Shown in pieces: positions 41,177 to 54,689 of a stretch of 64,000 nucleotides of DNA. Positions within the stretch are counted from its first letter, which is position 1. Every line of letters starts with the position of its first letter. The DNA is from Nageia nagi (lineage: Eukaryota > Plantae > Pinophyta). Position numbers and translations under genes: made by a program. The notes under the pieces were generated by a model. It was not told the DNA's origin. It did not search any database and saw only the letters and a list, made by a program, of their open reading frames with translations. The DNA is taken from positions 80,476,001 to 80,540,000 of the forward strand of contig JBITNC010000001.1 of assembly GCA_050084985.1 (NCBI GenBank), given 5' to 3'.

Positions 41177-42638
41177 AAGAAAAACTATCCAAGACCAGGT
41201 ATGTTTAGGAGATGACGATCTCCATGATATTATCACTCTAGAAGAGATAATTGTTTTGTATGAGAGAAATGAAGAATGAATTTTCAAGGAGGAGGAAAAA
41301 TTCATGCTGAAGGAATTGGAAAGCAAGAAAGAAAGAAAGTATATTAATATCCACAAGTGACCAAAAGCAATCAATGGGATTGGATCATACATGGTAAGTG
41401 TGCTAGCAATTCAGGGTCAAGATTGAACCCCACAAAAGCTAAAGGCTCAAAGAAGAAAAAAACTACAATAAGATGCAAAGGGTCAAAGCCCTAAAAAAGA
41501 AATCAAAGCTATAACATGAAGTACTATATCTGTCAAGCTAGGGGGAATGTGAAGATGCTGTCAAGACTAGTGTCGTGGTCGAGTCACTCTGATCTCTAGA
41601 ACCAAAACCTATATCTGCCTTGAAAAAGGATGTAATTTGTTGACATTAGGAAGGAAGGGTGTCTCGTAGGCATCTCCTGGTGCACCAGGTAGGGTGGGGG
41701 GACACTTCCCTTCCCCTCCTATAGAGTGTCACACATCTCTGGTCTATATATTGGAAGGAGGAGATCGATCCGTAGGAGTCATGGAAAAGACAATAGTACC
41801 ATCCCCGAATCTCATAGTAGATTGAATAGCGAAAAATGAAGTGATCTTCAAACTTGGTCTCCAAATTGCACAAGCGGTAGAATCTTTGTTCGTGTGGTAT
41901 GTGATGGTTTGACACAATCCGTACTTGACATGAGCAAACCCAAAATTGATCGAGGAACATCTGCAACCCAAGAGGTAAGTGTAGTGTGTTGTATGTGGGG
42001 GTGATGATCAACCCTCCGTTAATCTACAGGAAGTGTTGAGAAAAGTCAAGTAACTTGGGCGTGAGCGACTTTTGGGGCGTAACCCAGGTACTCCAAATGT
42101 GTACTCTATATATCATCTCACAGATCGTCGACAACAAATCATCTAACACATTCGAGGGTTTGGACGAATCCTATGGGGGAAGTAGTTGATCATAAGAGAA
42201 GCTGCATCATTGTAGCATCTCTAAAACCTTAATGAACCAACAACTGCGAGAACTATGTGTGGCTAGGCCATCGACGAGGCCAAGGCCCTAGCAAGGAGTC
42301 TATCAGACCGACCGGAGATTGTGAAATCCTGGAGGCATCGAAGGTAGAGAACCAATGATGCAAGGGCCCACACCTAAAGTGGTTGGCAACCAAACTTTGC
42401 AAGGATAATGTGGTGTGGGCCAATCATCTTTGCTCCGAATGAAGCAGGATAATGTGTTGACCAAGATACTCTCTATCATGGCCCAATTTGATGCTCTCAA
42501 ACTAGGTCCCCATATCTTTACACCATAGAGTACGGTGGGAGTGATGGAATAGTTGGAGCTTGGATAGTATGTCCTAGAAATGGAGTTGTACACATTGTCT
42601 CTCAAAGGAGGAAACCGTTGCATAACCACTCTGGACTC

Positions 42639-45600
42639 TGTTGTGCCCGCACAACACACCCTAAAATACAAGATTTTGGGGACCCTATTTTTGCAAAGGC
42701 CATGAGGTGCATTGCCTTAAGATTGGCTTTCAGCGATGGAGAGTTCATTCTGAAGAGTGCAAATATGATATCAAGGAGTGATTCAAGGAAATCTTGCGAC
42801 GAAGTCCCAAAAGAGTATCAAAGTATCCAGTCACCAGTTTTGGAGTCAAGGAGATAGGATTTAAGAGAGAGCATCGGAGCACGGATTTTTGGGTCTAGAA
42901 TGCAGTCAGTAGAGATAGGGTCGTCTTTCAAAATTTCAAGCTCACAAGTGCCAAATCTGAGAAAAATGAGCGTTTTTGCAAAGTTTAAGCCCGAGAGCAA
43001 TGGATGTAGCTAAGGTGACAAAAATAAGCATTTTTGTCAAGTACAGTAAAAAATGTACATTTTTGCACCATTTGAGCCCAAAAAGTTTGGAAATGGTCAA
43101 AAAATGCAAGGTTGAGTTCAAAATGGTCGCAAATGCTCAAAAATGCTAGAAATGATCGTTTTTTCACACTTAAGGCCTAGAAATGGGCGAAAATTAATAC
43201 TTTAAGCCTGGTAGTGCCGAAAATAATAGAAAATGACGAGTTTGAGCTCGAAAAGGCAAAAATGGTTGTTTTTGCATTGTTTGAGCTCGGAAATAATTCA
43301 AAATGTAGAGTTCGAGCTCGGAGGTGCCGAAAGAGGCATTTTGGTCGAGTTTGAACTCAAAAACATCGAGAATGGTCAAAAATGCACAGATTGAGTCCAA
43401 AATGGGTCGGAAATGAGAGTTTGAGTACCTCTAGCCCCAGGCTTGTTTTCCTAGCGTATTGAAAACCCAAATGAGGGAAAATGGTGTATGTTGTTCAAAG
43501 ATAAATGCAAATGGTGTCGGATTTCAAGTCCAAGAGCGTCATTGGAGAGATAAGGTGAATTCTATCACAATTAGGACTTGAACTTTTTGATTTTGACCAA
43601 ATCTAAGGCACTCAAATCCTAGGCGCAGTTTTTCAAGCCTATGGGAAAAACATAGAGATGATTTTTGGCACCTAGATTGTGGAGGAAAAGTGGAAATGCA
43701 TCAAGAGTCAAGTGTAACGCATAGATGGATGGAAATGATGGTTCTAAGGCATTTTAGATCTCAAAATTTCCATTTTTGAGCAAGTTTAGACTCCCAAAAG
43801 CTAGGTGCAAGCTTCCAAATTTTTTCAAATCCACTGGCATGAAAAATGGCACCAAGATTGACAAGATGGAAGTATTTTTTGACCAAAAATCAAGTTTAGA
43901 TGCTTGGGAACAAGGAAAAAAACCATTCTAAGCACATTTAATACTCAAAATTTTCAATTTTAAGCACTTTTGAGCATCATAAAGGCTAGACGTAGGTTTT
44001 CATGGTTATGGAATTCCAATGGAGTGAAAAATGGCACCTAGAATGAAAATTCATAAATTTTGTTCAAAACACAAGTTTGAGGGGTCAAATACATGGAAAA
44101 TGTGATTTTGAGCACATTTAGGTCTTGGAAATCTCAAATTTGAGCAAGTTTTGGGCATCAAAATGCTAGGTGCAGTTTTCCATATTTTTCAAAATCCATA
44201 GAGGTGAAAAATGGCACCTAACTTGGAGGGATAAGTGCAAAACTCATTACAAATTGATTCCAAGGTGTCCATTAGGTGAAAAACATTATTTCTAGCACAT
44301 TTAAACTTACAATTTTTCAATTTTGAGCAAGTTTTGAGCCCAAATTCTTAGGCACAAGTTTACAAGGTTATGGAAGTCCAATGGAATGAGTTTTGGCACC
44401 TAGCATGAGGAAAAAAGATAAATTGTCCAAAACTAGAGTTTGAAGGCTTGTGAGCAAGGAAAAGGGCATTTCAAGGCATTTTGGGTCTACAAAATTTCAC
44501 TTTTGAGCAAAGGAAATGCCCCAAAAGCATAGGCACATGTTTTCATGCCAATACAATCCCAAAGAAGTCTTTTTCAGCGCTTAAGTCAAGGAGGAAGATG
44601 GATTTTTTATCAAAAACCAGATTTTGAAGTCATAAATGGATAAAAGACCCCATTCTAAGCACATTTAAACTTGTAAATTTTCATTTTTTAGCAAGTTTAG
44701 GGGCACAAATATCTAGGAGCAGGTTTGAGGCCGTTTGAAGATCCATAGGACTGAAATCTAGCACCTAAGTTGTCAAGAATTCACAAATTTGGTCCAAAAG
44801 TCGTGTGAGCACTTCATTGTATGAAAAATGCCATTTAAAACACATTTAGGTCTACAAAAAAGTGATTTTGAACTCATTTAATGCCTCTAGCAGCTAGGCG
44901 CAGGTTTTCATCTCATTACAAATCCATAGAATTGAAAATCAGCGCCTAAGATGGAGAGATAAGTGCAAATTCACTTAAAAATCAAGTTAGACCCCTTCAT
45001 TGCATGGAGAAAGACATTCCAAGCACATTTAACTTTTCAAATTTTCAATTTTGAGCACATATAAGGCACCAAAAAGCTAGGTGCAATTTTTCCAATCTTT
45101 CCAAATCCATACAAGTGAAAACTAGCGCCTAACTTGAGGAGGAACATCAGATTTTGCTCAAAAAACGAAAATTTTGCCTTCATTGCATGTTAAATGGAAT
45201 TCTAAGCAACTTTAAACTTGAGAATTTTCAGATTTGAGCAAGTTTAAGTGCCCAAAAATCTAGAAGGCATTTTTCATTCCTATGGAAATTTTCACTTTTT
45301 TCTACCAAAAAAATCCATAGACATGAAAATCGAAAATTTTGCCAAAAACTTTAAATCTTTCCTAAAACCCCTTAAAAGCCGCAAAACCTCTCAAAATTTG
45401 CCAAGTACCTTATAATCCTATCTTCCATCCATCCATAAGCTCAAATCCACTTTTTAAAAATTTTCCAAATTTCGGACCACCCCTTTCTTTTTCAAAAAAT
45501 AGACCAAAAATCCACTTTTTCGAAAATTCCTCTCAAATTCCCTTGAAAATTTGCTACAATGATCACATCACAAGCAAATCCAAATTCAAAGAAAGGAGCT

Positions 45601-46584
45601 CAAAAGACTATCAGAAGGATCTAGAACGAGGATTTGGAGTTCCAATTTTTGCCATATTGATGCAAAATGCCTCGAAATGCATGCTAGAAGGCATCAATTT
45701 TTGTAAATATTTTATTTTTAGCATATTTTAATAGGATAAAACTATTCTCCCACTAAAACGATATTGTATTCTCAATTTAGCATTTAAATTAGCATTTTTA
45801 AGCTTTCTTAAGAATTAGGGCAACACCCTCAAATTTTGACCTAAAAAGTCTATAAATAGATCATAGGGGGTCACATTTTGAGGTAGAATGTTGTAGTCCA
45901 AAAAATTTCCATTTTTTTTCAAAACTGAAATTTTTTGAAATTGAGGAGCAAATTGATGTACTTGTCCAAAACTCCTTTGCAAACATAATACAAATGGCTA
46001 CAAGTTGATTAAAAGTGTGTTTTCATCTATGGGAGTGGTGGATTGATCTTTTTAGAGCAATGTCTGTAATTTGAACATTTTTTTGCCTTCTCTTTCAAAA
46101 CTTTCAAGTTTTAAAAGAATTTATTGTAAACTTTCCAAAATGTTTGAACTGTCTTGAATTGTTGCTAATTCATCAATTGCTTGTTAAAATGCTTAGTATT
46201 ATGAATCGACTTTCTCTTAAGACATCTTCCTAGACTTCTTGTTCAAAACCATTCACCTTCATTCATGCTTAGTCCACTTGGTTGCATCGATCCTGTTCTC
46301 AAAGTACTGATAATCAATTCTGCTCCTCGCTTATCTTTGGAATGATTGGACAATAGTCATTCATTTCAAAGACTTGATTGAATTGAACAAGACTTCTTAA
46401 CCGATCCGAGAGAAAGAACATTTTGACAATGCTAATTATGATTACCTCTTTGAAGTCTAGCCAGTATTCGACCTCATTCTCACCTTTTTCTTTTCTTTAT
46501 TTTACACTTTCTTTAAACTTATGGCAACTTTCGAACTATTGTAAGATACCACACCTCAGTCCCTACAAAAAACGTGAGTTAACA
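42639..46584 (+). mobile_element. About 3.9-kb hairpin-capped LTR-like element carrying a 182-bp tandem array
   Basis: Starts TGTTGTGCCCGCACAACA; CTATAAATAG at 45850; ends AAAAACGTGAGTTAACA; RTE sequence on both sides; no matching TSD (GACTC/GTTAT), and the host LINE seems to lack a short piece at the junction. Confidence 0.72.
43560..45300. repeat. About 182-bp tandem repeat, about 10 diverged monomers
   Basis: CTAGGYGC-like anchors at 43619, 43801, 43986, 44166, 44348, 44529, 44713, 44894, 45077 and 45260 (mean spacing 182). Confidence 0.92.
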
Positions 46585-49317
46585 GTTATTTGGTATGTAA
46601 TTCGAATATGATCAAGAGTATGTTTGGATACATTAAATGGCAAAACATTGGTCTTACTAAGATTCACTACTAGCTCCTGCTTGGCACTGAAAGAGTCCAA
46701 GGCATCTACTAAGCACTAAAGACCCTCTAAGGTATGCGAGAGAAGCACAATGTCATCTGCAAATAGGAATATGGGTATAGGACTACCATGAAGGAGACAA
46801 CATGCCTCAAGACCTACAGTCTCTAAGATAAAGGACTCTAGTTCATCAATATATAGCTTGGAAAGGGTTGGCGAGAGTAGGATCCCTATTTCACACCAAT
46901 GTTGTTGGGAGTCCTATCAGAGAGTCCATCTAAGGTACGGAACCGACTTGAAACCCTCTCATATAGAGTCATGATGGCCGTAAGGCCAATCTTTGGAATC
47001 CCCAATCGTCTGAGCCTATCCATGAGTGTATGGTAGGGAACAATATCAAATACCTTCTGGAATTCCATGAAGTAGCAAAACATAGTGGACTTTTAGTACT
47101 TGGCCTCCTCAATGATAGCCCGCAATGTGAGGATGAGGTTAGAGGTACAGTGATCTCTATGGAAACCCGCCTATCCGCCTACTCTAAGGTCTCTTTCATA
47201 TGCAAACTAAGATATATAGTCCTCTAGCATGGTAGCATAGAGCTTCACCAAAGGTGGGAAAGCCAAAATAAATGACTTTGTTGAAGAGACTAGATAGGAA
47301 GGGGGCAGGATAGAACTTGCATGTTTAAGATATTCTGCTTGAAGGTCATCTGTGTATGAAGATTTACAAGAGTTGAGTTTCTTAATGGGCATATGGATCA
47401 TCGAGGGGAGGGGGGAGAAAGTGATGGCAGTGTGGTAGATCATTGTACAAGTGATTGGCATAGGTGCTCCAATCATGAAGAGAAATACGACTCAAGTTGT
47501 GTTTTTTTGGTAGAAAGGTGTGCCAGAAGGACTTGGGATGGTGATGGAGTGAGGTGATAATCTCGTGCCTTCTTTTGGCCAAGAAGTAACGTTTCTTGGT
47601 TGGTAAGAGGCGACAGTATGAGCGGTATGGATCATGAGAGGATTTGAAAATGGTGAGAGGAAGTATGGAGGATGAAAAGTTGAGTTGTTTGGTTAGAGAA
47701 AGAGAATGAAAATACTAAATTCTTTATAATTATGCAAGGTAGAAAGGGGACTTGTCTCCCACCCATGAGAAAGTGTACGCACACCTTTTTCATCCCCAGT
47801 ACGAGGGTATTTCATAGGAGACATTCCCTTCCAAAACCCTTTTGGAAAGGCAAGTGGGACGTCCTTGAGATGAGGAGTAGCCATAGGGTATTATTCCCAA
47901 GGATGCTAGCCTTGAGGGGATGCCATGAGGGAGGATTGTTCGTTCCCAAGGACGACACAAGTGAGCCCCCACTTACTTTAAAATAAACCAGATTTTTTTA
48001 AATTTTGCACCTTAGACATGAGGGGAGTGGGGCCCACAAAGGTATCGACCCCCTAAACCCTAAGAATATTTTATAATTGAAACAAGCATCCCCAAACTCA
48101 CATTGCTCACCGAAAAAAAAAAAAAACACAACAATGAAGAGAACAACAAGAGACCAGTAGGGAAATAGTTCAGTTGCACTTGATTCAATTCCTTAGATAA
48201 GTGTCGATTCCTTATTTATTGGATGGCCTTGGATTTGGTGCAATGGGTGGTTGCATGAAATAATTTAGGCCCTTCAACATGCAAGTAGTATCTTCAAGAC
48301 GAGGCATCTTGAATGAGAATCGATGCTTGGCCGCACCTGGACAAAAAGTGACCTTGGTCGGAACTTCTCAATGTTTTACAATTCCAACTTTTCAAGATTT
48401 TGCCACCACCTTTTGGAACCAAAATGGTACATTAATGAGTGATCTAGAGACTTATTTATAATGTGCATGATGACAAATGTGGACACTTGTCATTCCAGTA
48501 TTATGTACAGAGAATGAGCATGGTCGCACGAAAATGCAATTTCACCTTCGTTGCACTATACACAATAGTTAGAAATGCATTTATTCGAAATCATGCGACC
48601 ATCTATAGAATCAAAATGCTAAGATGACTAAGTCCAACAGGTGTCTTTATAACTTGTCAAATGATAGATGCCAACACCGGAGTGACAATTGTCGAAAACG
48701 TTGCATGAAAGTGCCTATGGTTGCTAAATGCAACTTCGCCTTGGTCACACCTGTTTCTAAAGTTGAAAATGTATCTTTTTAGAAACATGTGACCAACCCA
48801 CACAATTCCCAAGTTTCCTCCGCACTTATCCTGCATTTCAAATTTTGCGTCTATATCTTTTTGTTGAGACCTCACAACGGTAGATACTTGGAGTTTTCCT
48901 GGAATCATAGACCAAGAAGTTGTGTTTCGCTAATACCATGTTAAATCCCTAAAGCAACTTAACCAAGACAAAAAAATGGTGCAAAAAGGCTCAATTTGGG
49001 GCATCGACTTCTTAGATTTGTTGTAAATGCTCTTCCATTTTGTGAAAGAAAAAGCCCTCTACCTTACATTCACTTTCTGTAATCAAAATCATATATTAAG
49101 AGAGGTAGAAACAGGCAGAAACAGGTAGCTTAAGGAGTTGCTTATTTCAATAATTTCCAATAGAACACTCTCCATGTTTGAAATGATGGAATCAGTTCAC
49201 ATTTCTATCCACAATAAATATGGTCGTAGTATGAAATGGTGGAATAGACTCGCATCTCCCCGCAATAATCTGGAGATAAACTTGGTTGCAGTATGGCAAT
49301 CATACACCTGAAAGTTA

Positions 49318-51499
49318 TGTTGTGGCTTCCACAACACGCCCCTAAATTCTAGCGAATTTTCGGGACCCACAAATTTTGGCAATAAAGATTCGCCCAATAG
49401 GAGTATCGAGTTGATGGTGTCCCGAGATCAGGAGGCATTGGAGACCAGAATTGGTGAAAAAGAGCAAAATTGAATTTTTGGTGGCAACAAAGCAAGATTT
49501 TGGCTAAGTCATCTTCAAGTGCAAGTATGAAAGGAGACAACCTCCTTGTCTTTTCCAAGACTTGAGCTAGACTTCTGAGAGATCCAGATGATCATCTCAA
49601 GCAATCAGGGCCAAATTTGACAAAGTCTAGAACAACTTTTGCCTTGGCGCATGTCGGAAGGGAGAAAAACTCCTTGACCCCAAGGAGACTTGCGCTAGGA
49701 TTGTCCTTTCCCCTTTTGGTGCAAATGCAAATCAAGACAACCTCCTTGACTCCTACAACACCTACGTTAGCATCCCAAAGACTTATATCAGCGACAAGGG
49801 TGAAATTGACTAAGTACTAGGCACAAAAATCTCTCCTAAACCCCAACGCAAGTGTCATAGGAGATAAAAATCTTAACTCAACCGAGATGTGCACCCAAAT
49901 CATGCATGCTTCCCTGGCGCAACTGTGACCCAAGACACCTTTCATAACTAACCTGGAACATGCACCAACCTCATAGTAGCTCCCAAAGACAATTTAAAAT
50001 GACAATGATGAATTTTGACTAAGTCTAGAGCATGTCTTCCTTAGGAGCAAGTCTAGATAGAGACAACCTTAATGACTCCCAAAGGACTTTAGCCAAGCTC
50101 AAAAACACTTTTTTAGCATGTGTGCAAGTCAAGACACCAGCGATGTCCTCTCCTAGACTTGCGTTGGGCTTTCTTGGCTAGTATCTCGGCACAAATGGGC
50201 ATCTAGACAAGCCCCATGACCCATAAAAGACTTGCACCAAGCTAGTACACACCATTCTAGCGCAAGTGCACATCAAGACAAAGGTGGTGACCTCCTTCGA
50301 ACCTGCACTAACCTTCCAAGAGCTGAAGGGGGTTATTCCATGCAATAAAGATCAAAATTGGCTAAGTATAGAGCATTTCTTCCTTAGACGCAAGTCTGGG
50401 TGAAGACAACCATCATGACTCCCTTCATACTTGCGCCAAGCTTCCCTCTTCTTCCTGGCACAAGTCCAAACCAAGACAAGATTGTTGACCCCTATAATAC
50501 TTGCACTAGGCTTGTCATCACTCCTGTTGGGGCAAATTTGGCCCAAGACACCCATCTTAACTTCCTGGAAACCTATGCTAGCCATGAAGCCAAAATTTGA
50601 GCGCATGACATGACCAAGGCAAGGATTATGACCTCCTTAACACCTACACCAGGCTCTCAAGTGCAAGCTCAAGCCAAGACACCCACGTTGCCCATCTAGA
50701 CACCTATGCCAAGCTTCCAGGTGCGAGTTCAAGTTCGAAGGAAGTTCAAGAACACAACTATCCCCAACAGGAGAACGATGAAGGTACAAGGTTCAATGTT
50801 GCAGAACAGAGAGTAGCAAATAAATTCGTTGATGTCAGTTGATGGAGGCCATTGCATCTTGGATAAAATATTTTTTATTTTATATTATTTTTGCATAATT
50901 CAGTGTTTTGGACCCCAAATTTTATAAATTTTTGTAAAAGTCTTGTGACATATGAGGATTTGCTAAAAGAAGTGTGGACATGATCTTGTAACACCATGTG
51001 GTGTATTTTTATTGGACCGATGGTAATTAGGGTTATTTTGAATAATTTTATTTTATTTTGAATTGGGGTTAGGGCAACACTTAGAGTTTCCATGCAAAAA
51101 CTATAAGTAACCCTAGAGGGCTCATTTGTAAGGGGATGGAATTTTGGAATTTGGACATGAACACTTGCAATTAGATGAGTAGAGTAATTCTTTCTATCCT
51201 ATGCTTGTTTATTGTGAATGTGGCTTGATCTTTTGAATGAAATTGCACAACTCCATTACTTTGTTACTATGATCTTGGACATGTAATGTTATCATTGGCA
51301 TGTGTTGCTTAGATGTTTGGAACATTTTGTAAACCTCTTAAAGGGTTGACAAAAGAGTAGTTGATTATTCTTTCGAAGTGTTAAATGTGATGCATGGTTA
51401 ATGATTGCTCATGGTAGGCAACTAGACTTGTATAATTCTGAAGTGTGTTCCCCTATGACTTTTAACATGAGAACTTCATCCACATGTTGAAAGTGTCAT
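49318..51499 (+). mobile_element. Hairpin-capped LTR-like element, left part
   Basis: Starts TGTTGTGGCTTCCACAACA; 72-bp palindromic units 49500-50730; TATA region about 51065-51135; cut at 51500 by another LTR. Confidence 0.75.
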
Positions 51500-54400
51500 T
51501 GTAAGATCCCAATCACAAATTCAAGTGCAATTAAGCAAATTCAAATAAGTATGCATCAACGTCTGATCTAGGGCATCCAATTAAAGCTGAAACAATGCAA
51601 TAATACCAACGTATGGCCTAGAAAAGTAGATATAAGCATAAAACACCTCACAATGCGAACGCCTAGCCTATATAAGCATACATGCACAAAAGTAACCCAA
51701 CGATGCCAATATAGAAATATACACACAACAGCAATGAGATCCAAGTGCCCAACGGCTGTATTAATGATGTACAATGCACATTGATACAATACCAGGCCCA
51801 CAGGGCTCAATGTTATTCTTCAAGGAACCAACTAGAGCACAATGTCTGAACAAGTGTGATCAATGTTGGAATGGCAAAACAATGGATGAGACAACCTCAC
51901 TCCCTCAAACCTGGAAGCTCTGCTGCAGAACTCCAACACCTTGAAAAAATTGAACGTAGGAAAGCCACCGGATGGACTAAGATGCTACACCATAGTCATA
52001 GATCAATAGGATCCCTCAATCTATTAACCCTCCTAAATGCTACACCTAGGGATGTGCTTGACGCTGCGCCAAGAATTCTGTTCAATGGACAGTATGAGCA
52101 ATAATAATAATTATGTATATCCAACAATGATGCTCCAAGGCCTAATATAGCTCACCTTGGATCTGAATCTCATTTCAAATTCATCACCAAGTCCCACAAA
52201 CCCAACTATGCATAACTAGGGGTCATTCCAGGCCCAATGTGGGTATCTAGGCCTTCCTTATGCTCCATGTGGGTCCTCAAGCTCAATGTGGGTCTTAGAG
52301 CACATGCATGGGTCAAGGAGGCATGCATGGGTGCCTAGGAGGCATGTGTGGGTGTCATGGGCCAATGTGGGGATCTACAAGTCTCCCCAAGGTTTGTGCA
52401 TGTGTACAAGTGCTCCCAAACTCAATGTTGGGGCCATTAGGTGATTATCCATGCTCTAGTAGTGTCTAAATGCTATATAAACCTTGCAATTTCCACAATC
52501 ACTTTTTAGGATTTCCAAGTACATTAAATCACACTAAGCTACACTTGGGAGGCAAACGTCCCACTTGGGGCTCATAGTGGGGTCCAACGGCCCTTTATGT
52601 CTTCTATCCCAAGTAATATAACTAAAGAAACATTAAATAAGTAAATGTGTACAAAAAGGACTTCTAAGGATTCCATAATTAATTACAATGATCAAAGGGG
52701 GACGTCACAAAGCCTCCCCTCTCGAATTGTTTTCCCTCAAGCAATTGTAAAATGCTACAACAAATTGTCTTCCAAGAATCCTTTGGTCTTGTTGATTGCA
52801 ATCTACTGGAGTGGAATGCAACTTCAATAAGTCTCCTCTAGGGTGAAGATCCTGCATGAAACGTTGAAGTTGCCTCCTCATGTATCAACATTGCATGCAA
52901 AAATTTTGATATCTTATTGGGGTCCAATCTGTTCCTATCAATCCACATTAAGTACCAAAATGCCTACAAACATTTTGGTGCCACCATCCTCAAAAAACAT
53001 AGGAGTGTATGTAGAGATGTTGATGCATTCATCGCTGCTAGGCATCTAGCTGTGAACATGTGGAAGACTTTTGGGAGCTGTGCATGCAAAAAACATCAAC
53101 TAAATCAAGCATGAGTAGAAAGAGGTGGAGCCCTTGCTCCATGGTTGTCCCCAAGATTTTCCCATACTCCACACGGGATGCCAAGCTTCTCCATCCTTCC
53201 ACGTTGGTTGCCAATTTCCTCTAAACTCCAACGTACAATGCCAGACCTCCTCCAAACCCATCGTGAGATGTTGTGGCTCCTCTATTGTCAATGTGGGATG
53301 CCAAGACTCCCTCATTCCCAACGTCGAGTTCCCAAGCCTCTCCAGGTCCAACATGGGATGCCAAGACCCCCTCATGTTAGATGTTGTATGCTTAAGCCTC
53401 TCCAAGCCCAACCTGAGTTGCCAGAATTCCCCCATGCCAGTCATTGGATACCCAAGCCTCTCAGCTCACATCAAGTACCTAGGCCCCTCGAAGACCCACG
53501 TGAGGTGTAGAAGTCCCTTCATGTCCATCGTAGGGTGCAAGAGCCCTTCCAAGCCCAACGTAAGGTACCACTACTACTCAATGTCCCATGTGAGGTGTAG
53601 AAACTCTTTTTAGTCCAACATGGGGTGCAAGAGCCTAACCTTTGTGCGTTTGCCCTCCCTTGAGAGACTTCATTGTGGGCTCCAAGTCATATGCAGCCCT
53701 AATGGCATCGCAAGCTTTCTTCATGTAGATACCTTGACCATTCCCTACAATGGCTCCATCAATCCTATTATGAAAAGGAATATCAATCTCTCCTCAGGAA
53801 TGTTGTGAATCATGAATGCAACCTTCTGAAACTTAGACACATATTCATCTACTGCACCCTATTGTTTCAGAGATGTCATCTCCTTGAAGTAATCATTCTC
53901 TCTTTTCCAATCAAACCTCTCTACCAACCTTCGATCAAACTCATCGAAAGAGGTGATGTGGCAGTAATCCTAGCTTATTACTCCATGCTACCACCGTTCG
54001 AGAGCATCTCCCTCAAAGTGCAACAATGCAAAATGAATTGCATCCTCCTCAACCATGTTCGAACTCAAAGTGAAGTAGGTCTATAACTAATGTAGCCAAG
54101 CCCTAGTCATCATCCTCTTGTCGTCATACAAGGGCACCTGTATTTTGTTCATCTTTTGCTGCAAATCCCTCTTATCACCCCACAAGTTGCTTTGGGAGTG
54201 TGTACCGTGAGAACTACCTCCATTTAGCCCCAAAATCTCCAAGTAGCTATTGAAGTTCATGTCTCTCCTCAATCCTGGATCTAGCATGGCATACTTTCTA
54301 AAAATCTAGTTCAATTCCAGAGGGTTGGGAATCTAGTTTCACTTCATCAACTAACTTCTTGGAAAACATAGGCTTGGACGGTTTGGGAATAATGGAATGC

Positions 54401-54600
54401 TCCCCTATATTCTCAAAATCCTCATCAAGGAACCTCCTTAGGAGAGGGTTAGTTCCTTGGGGACCTCTATGAGAATGGAATTTCAAAAACGTGGGTTCTT
54501 GGCAACCCACAGATCTATCCCTCAAATTGCATGATCTCCTCAAGCTCGACTCTCTCTCCATCCTATCCTCCATCCTTGGTTCTTCTTCTTCATCTGGAAT
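51500..54600 (-). mobile_element. Truncated Gypsy-type element related to 1728-7886 (3' LTR 51500-52708 plus internal region)
   Basis: LTR TGTAAG...GTCACA followed by GCCTCCCCTCT(C)GAATT, the same minus-strand PPT as at 2949; shares the TTGGGGCTCA...GGGG(C/T)CCA block with the 1728 LTR; second LTR absent. Confidence 0.8.
53140..53640. repeat. 30-bp degenerate tandem repeat, about 16 copies
   Basis: Unit approximately CAACRTGGGATGCCAAGACYCCYTCAWGYC; visible as a 10-aa periodicity in ORFs 53125-53613 (+) and 53100-53444 (-). Confidence 0.85.
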
Positions 54601-54689
54601 TGGACATTAAGATTATTTAATATTTTATTAATGCCTCAATCATAGATCAATAGGATCCCTTAGCCTATTAACCCTCGAGATCCAAGTTT

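Larger units (their letters stand above)
41640..48060 (-). mobile_element. RTE-type LINE interrupted by the 42639-46584 insertion
   Basis: DDLQAEYLK; FCYFMEFQKVFDIVP; NNIGVK*GSYSRQPF (QGCPLSP-like); FLFADDIVLLS; LVVNLSKT; beyond the insertion PTVLYGVKIWGPSL and a C-terminal CCHC-like LCNLETKFEDHFIF. Confidence 0.88.
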
